The notes beneath the pieces were generated by a model. The model saw nothing but the letters and a program-made list of their open reading frames with translations, did no database searches and was not told where the DNA came from. Source: Trichoplax sp. H2 (taxonomy: Eukaryota). Taken from it: a stretch of 45,380 nt of DNA. The position numbers and the translations under genes are program-made. The DNA is taken from positions 744,001-789,380 of the forward strand of contig NOWV01000022.1 in assembly GCA_003344405.1 (NCBI GenBank). The letters run 5' to 3'. The stretch's first letter is position 1. Every line of letters begins with the position of its first letter. Shown in pieces: positions 24,059-36,695 of this stretch.

Positions 24059-26717
24059 CACCGCTGCTGTATCATACTAAACTACCATTCGAATGAACGC
24101 TACACCTTATAGATATTGTAGCTTAATGAAAGTACAGAATCATGTTTTTGGTATTGTTAAGATCAACATTTTCACTAACGTCTAACTACGCTTATATCTG
24201 AGAATTATTCACTATTTTGACATGTTGTAGCTTGCAAGGTTTATGCTACGGTATCACAACAGTGACGTGCACGGCAATAATAAGTATTTTAATGCCTATC
24301 TTGATTTGTGAAAGATGTAAATAGCCTTTGTATGCTTTCAGTCACTTACAGCTTACAGCTACAAATCCGTTCAGCGAATGATTAAAATGGTAAGCATTAG
24401 TTATTGCGTGAAAAGTATTCTCTTCCATACCGTACATATGGCATCCCTATCGCCTTTACAAATTTTACCAGTTGAAATATGTAGCATTGTTTCTAGCGGT
24501 TTATTGTCTTATGCATACCTATAGATGCTAATCGGAATATAAAACTGATTACTTTGCCATGTTTGTTTCACCTAAACTCGAAAATGCAAATATATAATTC
24601 ATGATAGGAAAATGATATATGGCCAAATAAAAAATTGACAACTTTAATTTATTTTCAATTGAAGTGATGAGTCCATCACGTTGTATACACATAGACACTT
24701 GATGAGCAGGATTCATAGGTAGCAGTTCTAAACATTCCGTCAATTCCAGGATCTAGCATGCGCATACACTTGGCGAGCAGGATTCATAAACATACGTAAT
24801 TCTAAATATTCTATCGATTCCTAGAGTCTATCATGAACCAGTTGTGTAGGTAAAGACTGAGATTTTTATTAAAGTAGAGGTAAAAATTAATAGATTGCTA
24901 AAAGTAAGAAATATAGAAAAATTTAATCGATGAATAATTAATATATAAATTAATACATAACAAACGTACAATTTTAATATATGAGTATTGGCTATTCTAC
25001 AACCCAACAAGAAGCCATCTGATATTTGTTTATTAAAGCTACTTCAATAAAGTTCAAGCCTAAAATGTTTCAGTTTTATACGTTCTTAAAATGTTCGGAA
25101 ATAGAATATCTAAGCCATTTAAATTCTCATGTATCAACCGTACTCAACTGAAGTTGATATTACGTAGTATTAAATGGTTAAGAATGTAATATCACATATG
25201 TAATCTTATTTAACTTGATTTTGATATTCCAGAACATACAGATATCACTCATTTATTGATGCTATAGAAGCAAGTAAAGCTATTTACTATTTCTCGATCT
25301 AGATGATCTTAATAAAACTGATACTTCAATAATTGAATTTAAATCTAACTGGTTTGAGGTTACTAGTAGACATGGATAAATTGTTTAGAAATAAAACATT
25401 ATGCACTCTTTAAAATTACATCGACACGAATTATTCCGATTCCATTGATCTTGATATTATAGAGTGAGTAGTTTATCGATACTACAAAGGTAAGAGAGGG
25501 TACTTCATATTTTCCTAATCTATGAAGTTTCAATATTTAAATTTAAAGTCAAGTAAAGTCTGAATTTAAACTATTAAAAACTCATATACCGTTAAATCGT
25601 TAAGAATAAAGATATCCTGAGCTGTCCTAAATCCAACGTATTAGTATGCGTAAACGGACCTCGATATTGCAAACATGTACTCATCATTTGTCGATATATA
25701 AGATGGAGATACTACAAAGTTTATTCTCTTTAATCTTGAATTGTTTAAGTCACATTTTGAGAATAGATGAAAAGTAACGCATGATATAAATTCGATCTAA
25801 CTTATCACGGTAGAATGGTATCTTTTTTATTCATTATCGTTGAAGAAACTATTTTAAAAGAAAGCAAAAGTTTTCAAATAAGTGTTCAATTATCCCTTAT
25901 TCCGCATTGTATTATTTAACCTTCACCATCCAGTTTAGCGATCTTATTAGTATAGTATACTAACTGATGTATTTAAACAGTATAATATTGTTACATATGG
26001 GTAATGAGCAAAGCGAGATTAAGCTGTAAAACGCTACCGCATATGGTAATAAGCAAAGTGAGAGAGAGGCTAGAAATAAAATCTCACTTCATGATAGATG
26101 GACGTCTGGATCAATCAATCTATCCATCAATTTTCCTTTGCGACTAAAAGTCATTATGCAACAGCTAGTGTGTTCAGTACTGACAACAATTGAAATTGAG
26201 GAAAATTGTCTACCAGTTAAGACGATTAGTTATCATTGTTAATGCTTTTAAGAAGATTTTCCTTGGTAATAAATATAAATTTACAATCAAGCACAAACTT
26301 TGATGTCGGCAACAACGTCGATCGACAATAGACGCTATTGTCCGATTAGACAAATCAAGTTAATATCCACTGTGCAATTAATTCACTTTCTTTCTCACCT
26401 GCAGCGATTGATTTTAAATGATAATAGTTACAATAGTTTTAGAAAAATAACAGTTGACTAAATAGGACAAGATGATGGGATTAATCTACTTTTCAGCGAC
26501 AACAAAGATGAGGCTTATTAAGAATAGCCTATATAGGGAACGAGATTCTTATGCGTCTGTATGAAGCTGAGAGAACATTACTTGGCTCACGTCTACGTAA
26601 ATATTAAAAAAACAATTATAATGCAATAGATTCTATACGGTTATAAAAGATCAAAATATTTCATCGATATGTAATACTATCAAGTTGGAGATCAAAGTAA
26701 CGAGGTGAAAATAACCG

Positions 26718-29433
26718 ATGATGATGAAGGCAAATTTCAACCCAGTATTCCTAATCTTTATGACATTTATTACCTTGATTTTAACAACGCTTTCTTATCA
26801 ACATGATATTTCCGATAAGATTTCAAATCATCAAATCAGCAGTAATGATGACGAATTCAATACGAATTTAGACCGATTAACATCGCCGAATCAACTCTCT
26901 GACCGATTGCAACAAAATCAATTTCAATCGATGCCGCAATTTATGCAAGATATGTACCAAAATCCTAATACCGCTTACGATTATAAAGCGTTAGATCCTA
27001 AAAGTGATAAAAATTCCATGTCGCGGATAATTTTCGCCCCACACATTGGTAAGGAAGTAGAAATGTTCGCTATACAATAGGTTAACAAGATAGAATGGTT
27101 AATCATCAAGGTTGATAAAAACTTCGTACTACCAATAAATACTTGAGTAATTTTGTATTCTATACATTGGCGTAAAAAGTACAAACGCTACCTGATATGT
27201 TTACTTCTCTTTTTATTTATATATGTCAAATCCAATGTCATTTTAAGAAGTTTTTCATTAATTGCGATGATCCTTTCAAACCTGTTGATATTTACTGAAA
27301 TCCAATAGAAAAGTTATACTAAATAACAATCAAAGTTATATTCATGTTACGATTTTTAAGAAACTGATTAGTTCTAAACCTTACTATATATTTTTAATAA
27401 GTTAATTCCATATACCATTCTATCTCTCCCTGTCGCTGTCTTCACTTATAATATTCTAAATGCGTAAAATCGAATAAGAACAAAATAAGTAGTTACTTAA
27501 ATAATGGCTACTCAAGCAGTTTACTACATATAATTAAGATCCCAATATTAAATCTATTAATAGCGATTAAATTTTACCGGTAATGGTCGACAATTGCGCT
27601 TACTCATTATTACCCTGAATTTATCGGTAAATAAGGAATAGTTATGCCCAGTAAGGTTGATGGAACTGAAGTAGATTAAAGAAAGTGGGGATTAGGGAAA
27701 ACGTTCTTCTCACATTCTTGCCTCCATCTTGTTAATAAATTAGTCATCTTATAATAGTGAAGTTGACTGAACATCTATTTCCGCTTATATTGATACATTA
27801 TATATTCGCCAATCATGAGTTTATACCTTACCTTACGCATTTTATCCATTTTTTATCGTTGCAAAAATGTAAAATTTTCAAAACTTTTAACCTGTAAAGG
27901 ACATCATAGTTAATATACGCTATATTCAGAATAACCTTAATAAAAGATCTTTACTAATTTTAACCCTTTGGAATTAATTTAGAATCTTGAGATTTACCTC
28001 GCACATTTCAATCACACACCTTTTCACTAAATTAGCAAGAAAACCGTAGTAGCCAACATTAAATTCGGAATGAATCATCTTAATCAGTAGTAGTTCAGTC
28101 ATTTTACCAAGAATAAATTTACAAATCCTATTGATCGTAAAGCCGTAAATTGCTATCTTTATGATAGAGAATTAACAGCATATTAATTTTAGTACTTATT
28201 GCATCTAGTATATCAGTAAATTATTTCCGGGTTTTAAGGTGCACTAATAGAGGATAGAATAGAAGGAACTGGATATGACATAAAGAAATATACAGTATAT
28301 GCTGTAAAAATGATCTGATGTGACTGTTAACTACACTATTACCACGATGGATTAAATATAGTAAGCTAAACTACCTATACAGTCTGTGGTAAATTTTACC
28401 AATGTACCGTAGTAACTTTGCTAGAGTTCTCATCGAATTTACAAGACTCGGTGTATATTTTGGTAATCGTCTACCGTTGATTAAAATTGAAAATTTGAAC
28501 ATAATTTTTTTATTAATTAATATCTAGATGGATACCTTACTAAGTTAACCTCTTGTCTTATATCTTCATGATATAAGGCGTTTCTATCGAATAGTAATTA
28601 GTATTTATAATGTATCATTTGCTATTTTAGAATCATTCAGCAAAACCAGTTTCAGTAAAGATGAAGTATTATTATTTCGGCCATCAGTTAATCTTAAAAG
28701 CAATGAAGTGATGGGTATGGATTTAAGAGTATTCAGAGATCAAGAAATTATAAAATCAATGCCAGACAATAATACTTATCAAGTGACTATATACCAAATT
28801 ATTGATCATAACGAAATTATGGTTTGCCAATTGGAATTAAAACGCAAAGGCAATGGTTGGATAACTTTTCAATTACATGATCTTGTCCTACAACAATCTT
28901 ATCAAAATCTTTCCAGGATATTACATTTTAAGCTATCCGTTCGAAATACGAAAATGGAGGTTATACCATCATCGCAAATTGGTCTATTAACATCTACAAC
29001 ATCACCAGCTTACTTACTTATTTATAGCAAATCGAGTGATCAGCGGTTCACTAAACCTATCTATTCACATATTAAACATCATTTAAGGGCCAAGAAAAGT
29101 ATTCTTAGCAAATTGAAAAAAAGGCGCTGCCAATTGGTTGTTGATGAGGTTAACTTAAAAATGATTTATGGAAAAACGATTTTAGCTCCACAAAATTTCG
29201 AATACAATTTTTGTGTTGGTCGATGTAAATTTCCTTTAACCGGTCGTATGAACGCTACTAATCATGCTATTGTTCAGACATTGATGTTTGTTAAAAAAGC
29301 TGGCAATGTTCCAAATGCTTGTTGTGCTCCTATTTCCTTTTCAAAATTACGAGTTATTAGTCGTAATGAGGATGGTACCTTTGAAATGCGACATATGCGA
29401 GATATTGTTGCTGAAAGTTGCGGTTGTCAATAA
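26718..29433 (+). CDS. TGF-beta superfamily ligand, divergent BMP5-8-like prepropeptide, 2 exons
   Basis: Exon 1 26718-27048 (signal peptide FLIFMTFITLILTTLS; MPQFMQDMY prodomain motif) joins exon 2 28631-29433 in phase 1. Prodomain has GWITF; basic sites RAKK and KKRR precede a 7-Cys cystine knot with MNATNHAIVQTL, CCAP and ESCGCQ*. Confidence 0.9.
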
Positions 29434-30263
29434 CATGTTGGTTAAAGCTGATTTAATAATAAAATAATTTAAAGCTATTAATTTAGTTATATAAGTTACC
29501 GGGTGTTTCAATCGAGTCATAATTTGATAATATTTAAGTCAATATCTATAAGTATAGTACTAGTAAATCGAAAGTGATGGAATTGATATTATACGAATTT
29601 CAGTATGCCATATGTAGACGACTGTAAACGACAATCTTTCTCATATGTAAAGGACTATAGTTGCGCATAACTGATTGCAATAGAATACTAGGGCGGAGAT
29701 TTGCTTGTGACAGTAATCTAACGCTAATTTGTCCTTTAAGCTTTGATTGTCAACATAGCCCGAACGCTACAAGCATATAAAAGCAACGATTACGGATTAC
29801 TGTTACGTTTAAAGACCGTTGACACATAGTACTACATGCAATGGATTGTAGTATTTTACCAAACTCGTACTTCATTATGAATAAAACAAACAACCAACAA
29901 GAATAATGTTACCAAAAGGGATATGTTGTTGATTATATCAATGCCTTCTATGTCGATTTATTTACCTTGATGGTAAATTATTAGTAATTTAGGTGATTAT
30001 TAATTATAAATAGAACGTGGTATATGAATAAATACTGTATGTACCACATCATATATATTTTATATCTTAAAAAATTGAGAAATAAAAAATAAAAAAAAAT
30101 CTACTAAAGTGAAATACAATTCAATTTTATAATTACAATAAAATTTATGGCCGTGTATAAATTTAGTGCTATTCCTTGCGATTGACCTTCTTACGAATCA
30201 GTTAGTAGTTCTTTAACATTATACATTAATTATCTGAGGTAATTTGAATGAATTAATATTAAT

Positions 30264-33200
30264 CTATAATTCCTCATGAGATTTATCTGCAGTTTGATCG
30301 TTTTGCTTCAAAGTAGAAGCCTTAATAGAATCAACAAATGTCTTTAGACTCTCTAGATTTCTTTCTCCTTGATAATTCTGAATTTCTTTAGAGCCAGTAT
30401 AGATTGTCATAGTAGGATAAGATTTTACCTTAATAAAGCCACGTAAATATAACAGGGTTAGTAATTGGTGTGAACAAAGCTTGTATTAATCTACGGTCCT
30501 CAAGTTCTATAAAAATATGGGTGAACAAATATATTCTATGAATATTAACCTGTTCCGCTCTACACGTTTCAATATGCGTAACACAATTTACCTATGAATA
30601 TAAATTGACAATCTTTATTTTAATATACTAAGAGCAATTTTAGTTTATTAAGTTTTCAAATAAAATTTTGCATTAGTTTCAATAAGGATATCAGACGATG
30701 CCCATCTAGATAAACTTACACTCCCAATAAAAACGTTTTTATCGTGTTTATAGTGTTCCATCAATTCTTTCCAAGTTGGAGCGAGAACTTTGCAGTGACT
30801 GCACCTTAGTAAATCAATTGATAAATAGCATGCATTCGATCAGCATTAAAGCGGAAGAAAAATGTACCATACAGTATTTAGTACGTCATACTTCATAAAA
30901 TAATCATGCATTGTATACATAAAAATGATTATAATTTAGATTCTATATAATTCTAAATAGGTAATTCTAGATATCGCAGTACTACCAATTATTTCTTACC
31001 ACGGGGCATAAAATTTTATAAATGCAATCTTAAAGGTTGAAATCACTTTTTTTAACTGTACACCAGTCAGTTCGGATCCAATTTGCTATGATACATATAC
31101 AAATTTTAGAGAGTGGAGAGTATAAAAATTAAGCTTCCTTAGGATAAACAAAGCTATCATAATTGCTTCAAGAAGGTAGGCTGATTTAGATTAGCTGAAT
31201 ACATTATTAGGGGGTAAAAGCTCAATACGTAAATGTTATTTTACTCACGTATAAACATTGCAACTAAAGCTATACTAATTTCTTACTTTTAAAGAGATTT
31301 CATCGTCATCGACTTGCGGATTATTTAATGAAATTTTAATAAATTCTGCAAAGGATTGGACGCTTCTTTTACCAGTAAATCTCTTAACTAATTTACCGAT
31401 ATATATTTTTATCCTGGTTCATATTTGCATGCAAGGAAAGTTATTTAGTATGTTATAAAAATATTTATTTATGTTCTCTGTCAAGTATTCTAAGTGTACT
31501 TACGTAGGATAATGTAGAACATTTTCATCGGAACAAAGAGGTGTATCTTGTGTACAATCCACCTGTAATTTAAAAATGAATACTGTACACTCTAGATATT
31601 ATTATCTTCATATCATATCATATTTAAGGCTTTTTGTAAATTTATACTTTAATATTGTTGTATAGTAAGTCTTTCTTGTACATCATGTTGTTATTTAATC
31701 ATTACATGCGTTGTTAACTAGTAATACCTTAGCGATATGGATGACTTTAATTGCATCGGAATTATATTTGTTTGATAGGACATCCCACATAGGTAATAAT
31801 CTCTGGCAATGTCCACACCTACAGCATTGAAGTAATATTGTACCTAACTTTACTGGAAATCTAATTTGCTTCTATATCTTGACTTGATGAACAGTGTGTG
31901 TTTATTATACTAGTTACTTCTATAAGTTTCTAACATGTGAGTGTCAATATTCATTAACAGTTACGTATACGAGTGTATACAGGTATAGTAGAGAACGTCT
32001 CTGAATTGCTAGACCTTCATTTTCCTGCACTATACTCAGTAGTAAGCGTAATCCATTCTAACTTTTAGCAACACTACGATATTTCTACGGTACGTGATGT
32101 AGTCATATTGACACCTTAAATAACGTCGCTGTGGTAGAATACATAGTTCATATTTAATATACCTTTTAATAGGTGTACAATATAATAATTAATTAATTAA
32201 TGTGCGCAAGTATAGTTGAGGTACAAGGATTAGAAATTGATGATTCTGTATCTGAAACTCTTGCAAAGCTCTTCAGCGCATAATAAGGGTACAAATATTA
32301 TATCCTCCCATATGTACTGTAAGTTTAATATACGTGTAGTTCTACATAATTTGTACGTGTATAATTCTGTTAGTATTTAGTAAATTTATAGTTCGAAAAA
32401 ACAACGTACTTAGCATAAATAGTAAGCCAGTTAACGAGACTATCAGTGTATTTTAAACCAAGCTATGGGCTAGGCCGGTATAAATATAGCATAAAGATAC
32501 AGAATTAGAGGTCACTACTTTACTCGTATAAGTGTTGCTTATATATTTACACTAAATTATTAATATGATAATGTACAGCAGTAAGCAATCACTTTCAGGG
32601 TTATGTTTTAATGAAGATGATTTTCATGAATCACCGTTAAAATTCTGCTCCAGTTCCTACAAGATTCGTAGAGGATCGTGGTAATCGCTATACTGAGTAA
32701 TCGATGATACGATAGGAAAATTGTGATAATTGTAATTGCAATAGAATAACCTGGCTACTAAGTAAAAGCAGTACTATATGTTCGTACAGACTTGTTACTA
32801 CTATGGTCAAAAAAGTATATACGCTCATATGTTTAGACATTTATCATCATCCTGATAAAAATTCTCCAATCCAAAGTACTAACGCTTTTACATAGGAGGA
32901 TTAAGGCGTCCAAATGGATCTTACATGAGTATGGAATGATAATCAGCACTTTACGAAGTAGAAGAGTCTATAAGCGTGAGGATACCTTTTGAGATACGTA
33001 ATGAGCAATATTTGCTATGGGCGAAGGTATTATTGTAACACGTTTGTATCCGGTTGATGTAGTGTAATAGTCATTGCATAAATTGTAGTGTCATAGAATT
33101 CATTCGTAATTATGCTTCGAGCATTATACAACTATCCATATGTATTGACTGATCATAATGTAAAAAAATATTGACTGTTGGCAATCATTGTACTATGAAT

Positions 33201-33973
33201 TAGGTAAATATCAGGTAGCCATCGCCTTAATAGTAAAAGTCCAAAAAACGTTGTAGTCTAGCTGTGGTTGACTACAGTTAGCTCTAATTCATTGTCATAT
33301 GAACACTGAGATTTTCGTTTCATAGATTCATTGGCAAATCTGAGCTCTATTATTCACTGTCAATATTGCTATCATTGATAGAATAGTCATGTAGTCGTTT
33401 GGGCTACAAGTAAAACTGTTGGCCTTTTGTTTTAGTACTAGACAATTTGTCATAAATCAGATTTCGATCAAAAATGAAAGAGCAACGCCAAGTTGCGTCG
33501 AGACTATTTTATAAATCCTTTATGTTGCTATAATGAACTAGATTATCAATAAACTGCAGATTTGATAGTACAGTATAATGTAATACAACGACCAGGTCGG
33601 GGTTGATGTAACTCGTGTAGAAGAATTGTATCCTTTTGGATTGAAATTACACTGTGAACTAGAAAGAGAAACTGTATCACTACTGTGAACCAATATGAAA
33701 TCACTCTTTCATAATATTATAATCCATGTTTCATCTTGACTTTAGTCCTTCGTTGTAATATTTGGTTGATTTCTAATTTTTACACTGACTATGAACAATC
33801 ACTTTTACTTTTTACAACCCTTACCAAGGCGCATAGAACATGACCAAGTGAGGTACCTCAAGAATACTAGTAGCGAAAGTTGCACTAGTTAACATGGTTG
33901 GCTTATAAGCTTCATAACAGTGTAAATAAGTAACCATTAAAAGGAGCAGCAAAGGAGAGAAAATGGCGGCCAT
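30264..33973 (-). CDS. TXNDC5: TXNDC5/ERp46-like protein disulfide isomerase with two thioredoxin domains, 8 exons
   Basis: Signal peptide MAAIFSPLLLLLMV; exons 33973-33825, 31818-31728, 31562-31504, ~31412-31287, 31085-31000, ~30804-30720, 30591-30550, 30428-30264 give HLVMFYAPWCGHCQRLLPMW...AKVDCT...YPT, FIKFYAPWCSHCKVLAPTW...YPT...YQGERNLESL and a C-terminal HEEL ER-retention signal. Confidence 0.82.
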
Positions 33974-34140
33974 AACTTGGCTGGTAATTTCTTCAATGAA
34001 AGACAGCGTTGGAGCTTCAACTATTGAGTTCACTCTACTAGCGAGAACGTACGAGTGGGTGCGTGAGACCTTGACTGACGTCAGTTTTGTCACACAGTAA
34101 TACGTACGCTAAGTCAAGGTTGGCTATTGAATTACGCATA

Positions 34141-34808
34141 GTAAACTTCAGTACCGTACCGTGCTAATAACAAGGTAGGCAGGTCATGGCGAAGACCTGC
34201 GTCGATCTTTCTTCTATCCCCAAATCTTTTTTGACTTCTTATGGTCCAAGAAGATGAAGGAGGAGGGAAATTAGTGTTAAGTAGTCTGCAGTTTGCATAA
34301 TAAACTCGAAGGCAGTGTTGCAACTTCCCTGCTAGTAAAGATTGAAAGCTACTGCTTCTGCTACTGTAAACTTCAGTTACCGTACCGTGCTAATAACAAG
34401 GTATGCAGGTCATGGCGAAGACCTGCGTCGATCTTTCTTCTATCCCCAAATCTTTTTTGACTTCTTATGGTCCAAGAAGATGAAGGAGGAGGGAAATTAG
34501 TGTTAAGTAGTCTGCAGTTTGCATAATAAACTCGAAGGCAGTGTTGCAACTTCCCTGCTAGTAAAGATTGAAAGCTACTGCTTCTGCTACTGTAAACTTC
34601 AGTTACCGTACCGTGCTAATAACAAGGTATGCAGGTCATGGCGAAGACCTGCGTCGATCTTTCTTCTATCCCCAAATCTTTTTTGACTTCTTATGGTCCA
34701 AGAAGATGAAGGAGGAGGGAAATTAGTGTTAAGTAGTCTGCAGCTTGCATAATAAACTCGAAGGCAGTGTTGCAATTTCCCTGCTAGTAAAGATTGAAAG
34801 CTACTGCA
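34141..34808. repeat. Near-identical triple tandem repeat (~226-bp unit) upstream of the TXNDC5-like gene
   Basis: Unit GTAAACTTCAGT(T)ACCGTACCGTGCTAATAAC... starts at 34141, 34366 and 34592; copies differ at only a few positions. Confidence 0.95.
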
Positions 34809-36695
34809 GGCCTCACAGTTTTACTGTAAGCTGGTAAAGGAAAAAAATGACTTTATCCATAGAAAGACTTGCATACAATGCAGTCTTTCCTTCTTGTCAG
34901 TTACTGATTAGACATTATAGTAGACAGTTCAGTCAAGATGTCATAATTCCCGAGAGGAGAAGAAAGAGGGGAAAATAAGAAAAATTGGTTGAGTAATCCT
35001 GGCTATGTACAAGTCTATAACTTCGAAGATGAATTTGAATGCTTAAAGGCAATATTTCCATTTTCCTGCTGCTAAATCTGTACGACTTAGAATATTACTA
35101 AAAGTACCTAATCAGAGGAGGATCTATTAGCCTATATACCTTAAGCAGTATCAAGTTTAGAAATAAAATAAACACACAATTACATTGCAGTATTCCCTCC
35201 TTTTCATGTTATTGATAAAGTATGATCACTATGACACAGAACAGGATAGTTCGATTTAGGTGTTAGAATTCAGGAAAGTAAGGGGAGAAAAATAAATTGA
35301 TTGTGTAATCCCTGGCTATGTACAAGCTTACAATGTAAGCACATTTATTGTCAGACGACTACTAAATTGTGATGTCTAACGTTATATGCCTTGAATAGTA
35401 TGTTATACACGTACAATAAACGGATACACTACTACAATATTTTCTCATTTTAATATTAATGACAAGGCAGGATATGTGATAGTCCTATGTTGAGATCTTT
35501 TAATATCTTGCTGTTACTGATATCACTTTGTACGCTTAGTAAATGAAATATCCTTAAATTGATTAGCTATAGAAATTTGTACAAGTTAAACTTACGACTT
35601 ACTCTGTAATAATGTAGTTATCGATTAATTTCTCAATGCTAGCTACAATGTTAAATGGATAACTCCAACTTTTAGCTCAATTTCTACAATTTAGACGACT
35701 GTATTAGCAATACAGTAAGTATATTCATCGATTAACAAGCTTGTCAAAATTATTTCTATAAGGTACGTACTATTTCTATATTTACAAATGATATTTCGTT
35801 AGATTTACCAATGTGTAAAGATATACTGTATGCTTTTATCTACGTTCAGTTCTGCCGTCTAAACGTAGGTGTAACCCTAGTAAGTCAAAAATATATTCTT
35901 CAAGATGGTTCTGAGAAATTATCATCGATCGATCGATCGATGTTGGAGACAGTGTACTACGTATAATAAATTATAGCCTCAGAAATGCCAATGCAATATT
36001 ATAAGTTATTACGTATTGTTAGCATCATGTATCATTGCAGCTACCTATTTATAACATCGGAAGAATATAATTTCATTCTTAATATCAAACATTTATTCCT
36101 AAATGTGTAATAATTATAGACGTAATTCATAGGATAAGAAAACAACAATCACGCCTAATGCTGAATACCAAGTGTTCATTAACAGCTGTAGTAGTTCAGA
36201 GGAAGGTTTCATACATAAAGTACACTCTCAATATGATGAAATGATGAAAATTTTAACAATAATTTTTCAAATGCCTAGACTATCTAATGAAATGAATTAT
36301 ATGATAAATGTACACACAGTAGTCGTTATGTCAATATAAATTGATATGTACGTTCTTGATCTGTATGCATTTTACAGAATAGGATATACACCTCCTTAAC
36401 TATGAAGACAGTTTAAAAATATGATCACATACTAACCTGATTTCAGACCAACATAGCTCAATTACAATAAAATAATATAGTAATTGATAGTTCTTGATAT
36501 AAATTTGACATTTAATTTTAACAAATTGATGGTTGATGAGGCAGATACTGTTAACCTGTTACATCTCACTTGCACAATTGAATAGTAATAACAATAAAAC
36601 TTTGACATCGTTTCCACGCGATAGTTAATAAAAGTATAGGATCAAAATATTATAGCACAACTATTTATACAATTCAGTAAATTGTTTCCAGATGC

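Noticed and set aside
24690..24840. Two degenerate ~72-bp direct repeats downstream of FDFT1 (similar short pair near 34968 and 35282)
   Set aside because: Short old local duplications with no coding or structural signal.
34141..34808. Hammerhead ribozyme in the tandem unit
   Set aside because: No CUGANGA/GAAA core seen on either strand.
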